DNA of 63,424 nucleotides, counting the filler, from Klebsormidium nitens (taxonomy: Eukaryota; Plantae; Klebsormidiophyceae): NCBI GenBank assembly GCA_000708835.1. It is 5 parts of 5 records of this genome, joined end to end, with 100 filler letters (N's around TTAATTAATTAA, not from the genome) between each part and the next. Parts side by side here need not be neighbours in the genome. Positions count along the whole stretch, not along the records: positions 55,514 to 61,760 come from DF238368.1; positions 61,861 to 63,424 come from DF236960.1; 3 more parts are not named here. The stretch is one strand, 5' to 3'. Positions 60,259-63,424 of the stretch are shown piece after piece. Position 1 is the stretch's first letter; each line of letters opens with the position of its first letter. A program made the position numbers and the translations under genes. Under the pieces are notes generated by a model. The model did no database searches. It saw nothing but the letters and a program-made list of their open reading frames with translations, and was not told where the DNA came from.

Positions 60259-61760
60259 GCTGGCGGCCCCGCACGTCAGGCGTCCTCCTGAGAGTCAGAG
60301 TGACTGGTACTTGACGCAACTGAAACCCTGCCCCACGCAGCTCCCTGACTCCTGACAGTGAGTCGGGACACCTCCAATCAAGTGGGTGGGAACGGTCTGC
60401 CACAGCGCGGTAATGGTGAGTGCTGGGCCCTCAGAGCAGTACACTGTACCGGGCCCTTATGGCGGATAGCTTATACGACGGGCGGTTCTCCCCGAGCAAG
60501 GTCACGGGTTGCGCCGGGCCCCGCACCCCGCCTCTAAAACCTCGAAACCCCGCCCGGGCCACAATGTCACGCGCCGTGCGCACCCCGCCGGGGCGGCGCG
60601 ACCTTGCAATCTAACCAAACTTCAGCGGACGAACGGGGCCGCAAGTTGAAACCCTCGATCATCTCCGCGCCGTCGATGACCAAACAGTAATTTAACGAGC
60701 AGTCATCGACGGTTCGCAAAATTCGAGGCAGTCCCCGACCAGGTCGGCACCGTCGATGACTTTTCCGTACGGTGACTCAAGAAAATCGACCTTTCCTGAC
60801 AGGAGCGGGGGGCTGTCGAGGGGGGGTCGAGGACTTTGCATCTGTAAGTACTTACGGGTTTGGTGCACCCGTCAAAAAGGACAAGTTACGGTACAGTACG
60901 TCGGTCGGGATACTTACGGCCTGGAGGTGCCGTGAAATAGCAAGTACTGCGACCGGGACTCCGGGATCGATCACTCGGAATTCGAAACTGCCCCCTTTAG
61001 CGTCGGGATCGGACCACCGGGCGCGAAAACGCCTCGTTTTCAGGCAGCAGGTTGCCCGGAGCTTACACTCGGGCTGGTACTCGGACCGCCGGGACCTGCA
61101 AGGGCCTGCACTTGGTACTTCAGTGACACAGAAGGCAAATCGGGGCCAGAGACGGGTTACTAGTATGTCCGACCTGAGTGCCGAGTTGGCTTCAGACTCG
61201 GCATTTTTTCTCAGGTCCACAGCACCCGCCCAGAACGCAGCGCTTCACACAACTCTCCCAGTCGGGTCTGCAGTCCGAGCTTGTGCAGCTGTGACTATCG
61301 ATGGAAATGCGGGGGCCCATCCCGAGCACTGCTGTCAAATTCTCAGACGTTGGAAGCGTTCCAGCAGCAGTTCCACCGCCTCCGTCCGAGGGGTTGGGAG
61401 GCGGACGCACTTCCTACATCAGAAAGCAGGGCACATGCGACGGGGACTTTGCTTTCGACTACGGGTACGCTTTTGCACTGCACAGAGCGGAGGCATTCGC
61501 CAGGGATGGCTTTGGTACTGCTTGCTCTGGTCTCAAGTGCAAGTCGAGTGCACCGGTGTACTCCCGCAAGAACCCACCCTTCCACTAGGAGCGGACTTGG
61601 AACAGGGGCGGTGCAGTGATTTGCCCAGTTGAAAGGGGGGTCATCTCATCTGCCTTCGCTGCGTCGACGCTCAGTACGCGGGTGGAGCACCCTTCATCTC
61701 AGTGTGCACCGGGAAGCCAATTCACCGAGCGGACCTGTTTGCAAAGCACGAGGCATTTCT

Positions 61761-61860
61761 NNNNNNNNNNNNNNNNNNNNNNNNNNNNNNNNNNNNNNNN
61801 NNNNTTAATTAATTAANNNNNNNNNNNNNNNNNNNNNNNNNNNNNNNNNNNNNNNNNNNN
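61761..61860. other. Assembly gap with linker
   Basis: 100-nt N block. Confidence 0.97.
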
Positions 61861-62833
61861 GTGCAGAATAGTGGGCGGCTCGCAGTCTTCGTAAACTGTC
61901 TCAGTGTCGCAGTCGGTGTAGCCATAGTCGACTTCTTCTCCGTTAGCCCAGCGGGCCGTGTTCTTCTGTGGCTCGGGGCAGTTCATCTGCACGTGCCCCG
62001 TCTTGCCGCAGTTAAAGCAGGCTCGGGGCTTGGTCGGGGGGAAGTTAGTCCGACCCTGCTGCGGAGGGCGCTCATTCCTTGCGCCATTATTTCGATCGGG
62101 GTAGCGACCGGCGGGTGGTGGGGATCCTATTGAGTCAACCGGGCGGTGTCGAAGTCTTCGTCCGGTGGGCGCTCTGAATCAGCTTCAGAGTATCTGTCGG
62201 CCTCGGTCAGTCGAACTTGGTTCGTAGCGCGCGCGGTGACCCGCAGCGGCGCTGTTGGCTTAGCCGTCGGAGCCTTCTCCATAGCCCAAAGGCCCCGGTC
62301 GAGTTCCTCCGCGATATCCACCGCGTCGTCAAAAGTCGAAGCTCCCCGAGTGTGAAGTTGCTCGCGCAGAGGACTGCGGAGCGACATCTTAAAATGATGT
62401 ATCTTGACCTGTTCGTGATTGATGTCGGCCTGCACGAACAAGTCACGGAGTCTCTGGGCGAGGGTCCCCACTGCTTCGTCTTTGCCCTGCTGTACTTGTC
62501 CAATTTCGACAGTGCTCTCTGCGGGGTCAGACTTTCCAAACGCGCTAAGAACTTTTCCTTCAGCGTGTCCCTGTGGTTGAGCAGGGAGTCGCCATTCTTG
62601 CTTTTGTAAGCGTAGTTGGCGGATTGAATCCAATCCTGAGCCACTTCTCCCAGATTGTGGAAAAGAGTGAGGCCCATTTGTCCCTGCGTAAGACCGGGGG
62701 TATTTTCAAGATAAATTTCCATTCGCTCGATGAACTTATGAGCGCTGAAACGAGTGTTTCCCGTAATTATTTTGATTGCTGGCCGCCGGGCCGGCCGGGG
62801 CCTGAGACCGTTGGGCCGGGCCGAGGTCGCCAT
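61861..62833 (-). mobile_element. Ty3/gypsy-like LTR retrotransposon gag remnant
   Basis: ATG at 62833. Capsid-like FIERMEIYL..NLGEVAQDW..LKEKFL and QQGKDEAVGTLAQRLRDL..HHFKMSLRSPLREQL..TFDDAVDIAEELD are split by a frameshift near 62495. A CCHC knuckle CFNCGKTGHVQMNC at 62019-61978 lies in a further shifted frame. Confidence 0.85.
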
Positions 62834-63424
62834 TGCCGGCCCAAGTCCCACCGAAATATATGGACTGTTTTGCGCGCGCACCTCATATATTGAAGTTTTT
62901 ACAATATTTTCTCCGGTTTTGTAGACTTTTATAAGCCTCCAGCTTTTCAGCGTGTGAAATATCGACCAACTTCCAACCTGACCTACCGAGGGGCTAGTAT
63001 GGGCTAGTTCTGGACAGAAGTACACGGGGGAGGATTTTTTTGGGGACCAAAACCTTGGATTGTCATCAAATCCCGACCGTTCTACCCACTAAATACGATG
63101 GTGACAGGGCCAGCTAAGAACTTTCATTGCCGGCCCAAGAGGACGGCCCGTGCCCCGCAATGCCGGCCGGATGGGCCGGAGGCCGGCCCCCATTGCCGGC
63201 CCGGTTTGACCATTGCCGGCCATTTTACCAGAGAGTGGGCCGGCAGGGGAAACACTTGCTGAAACCTTCCTCCTTCTTTGTCCCTTTGTAGGTGATGATT
63301 TTGAGCGGTTGGAAGAGTCGGGGAGTCCGTCTACTTCCTTCCGGATCTTCCGTAAAACTGCTGTCCCTCCGCCGCTCGTCCGGACGAGGGGTATTGGGTG
63401 CAAACCCATCCGAGCCCCCGGGGG

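Noticed and set aside
60772-61760. 286-aa plus-strand ORF and possible protease/pol downstream of gag
   Set aside because: No DSG/DTG, YxDD or integrase motifs; likely decayed retroelement sequence or chance ORFs.

Overview
Eukaryotic, intron-rich (GT-AG) scaffold segment with four 100-nt assembly gaps, each carrying a TTAATTAATTAA linker. Gene content and style suggest a green alga or streptophyte such as Klebsormidium (inference). Host genes: an AVT6/SLC38-like amino-acid transporter (minus, 5 exons), the mitochondrial succinate/fumarate carrier SFC1 (plus, 2 exons), an organelle-targeted AsmA-like putative lipid-bridge protein (minus, 6 exons), a protein with 10-aa DxQGRxYY repeats, and an unknown coiled-coil gene lying downstream of decayed ATP-synthase-gamma exons. 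Mobile elements: (1) an 11-exon CryptonF-type tyrosine recombinase gene (NDC10-II/YR + GCR1_C) with two apparent lesions; (2) a >1960-aa intronless Helentron-type Rep-Pif1 helicase-endonuclease ORF with two N-terminal AP2 domains, followed by a 5-exon RPA70-like gene; (3) nested MITEs; (4) a decayed Ty3/gypsy gag; (5) two tandem decayed copies of a ~5.2-5.7 kb unit of unknown origin. The most unusual signals are the AP2-AP2-Helentron plus RPA module, the Crypton, and polar arrays of duplicated '3-prime splice site + exon start' units inside introns of two unrelated host genes. All family assignments come from motif recognition by eye; no database search was run.
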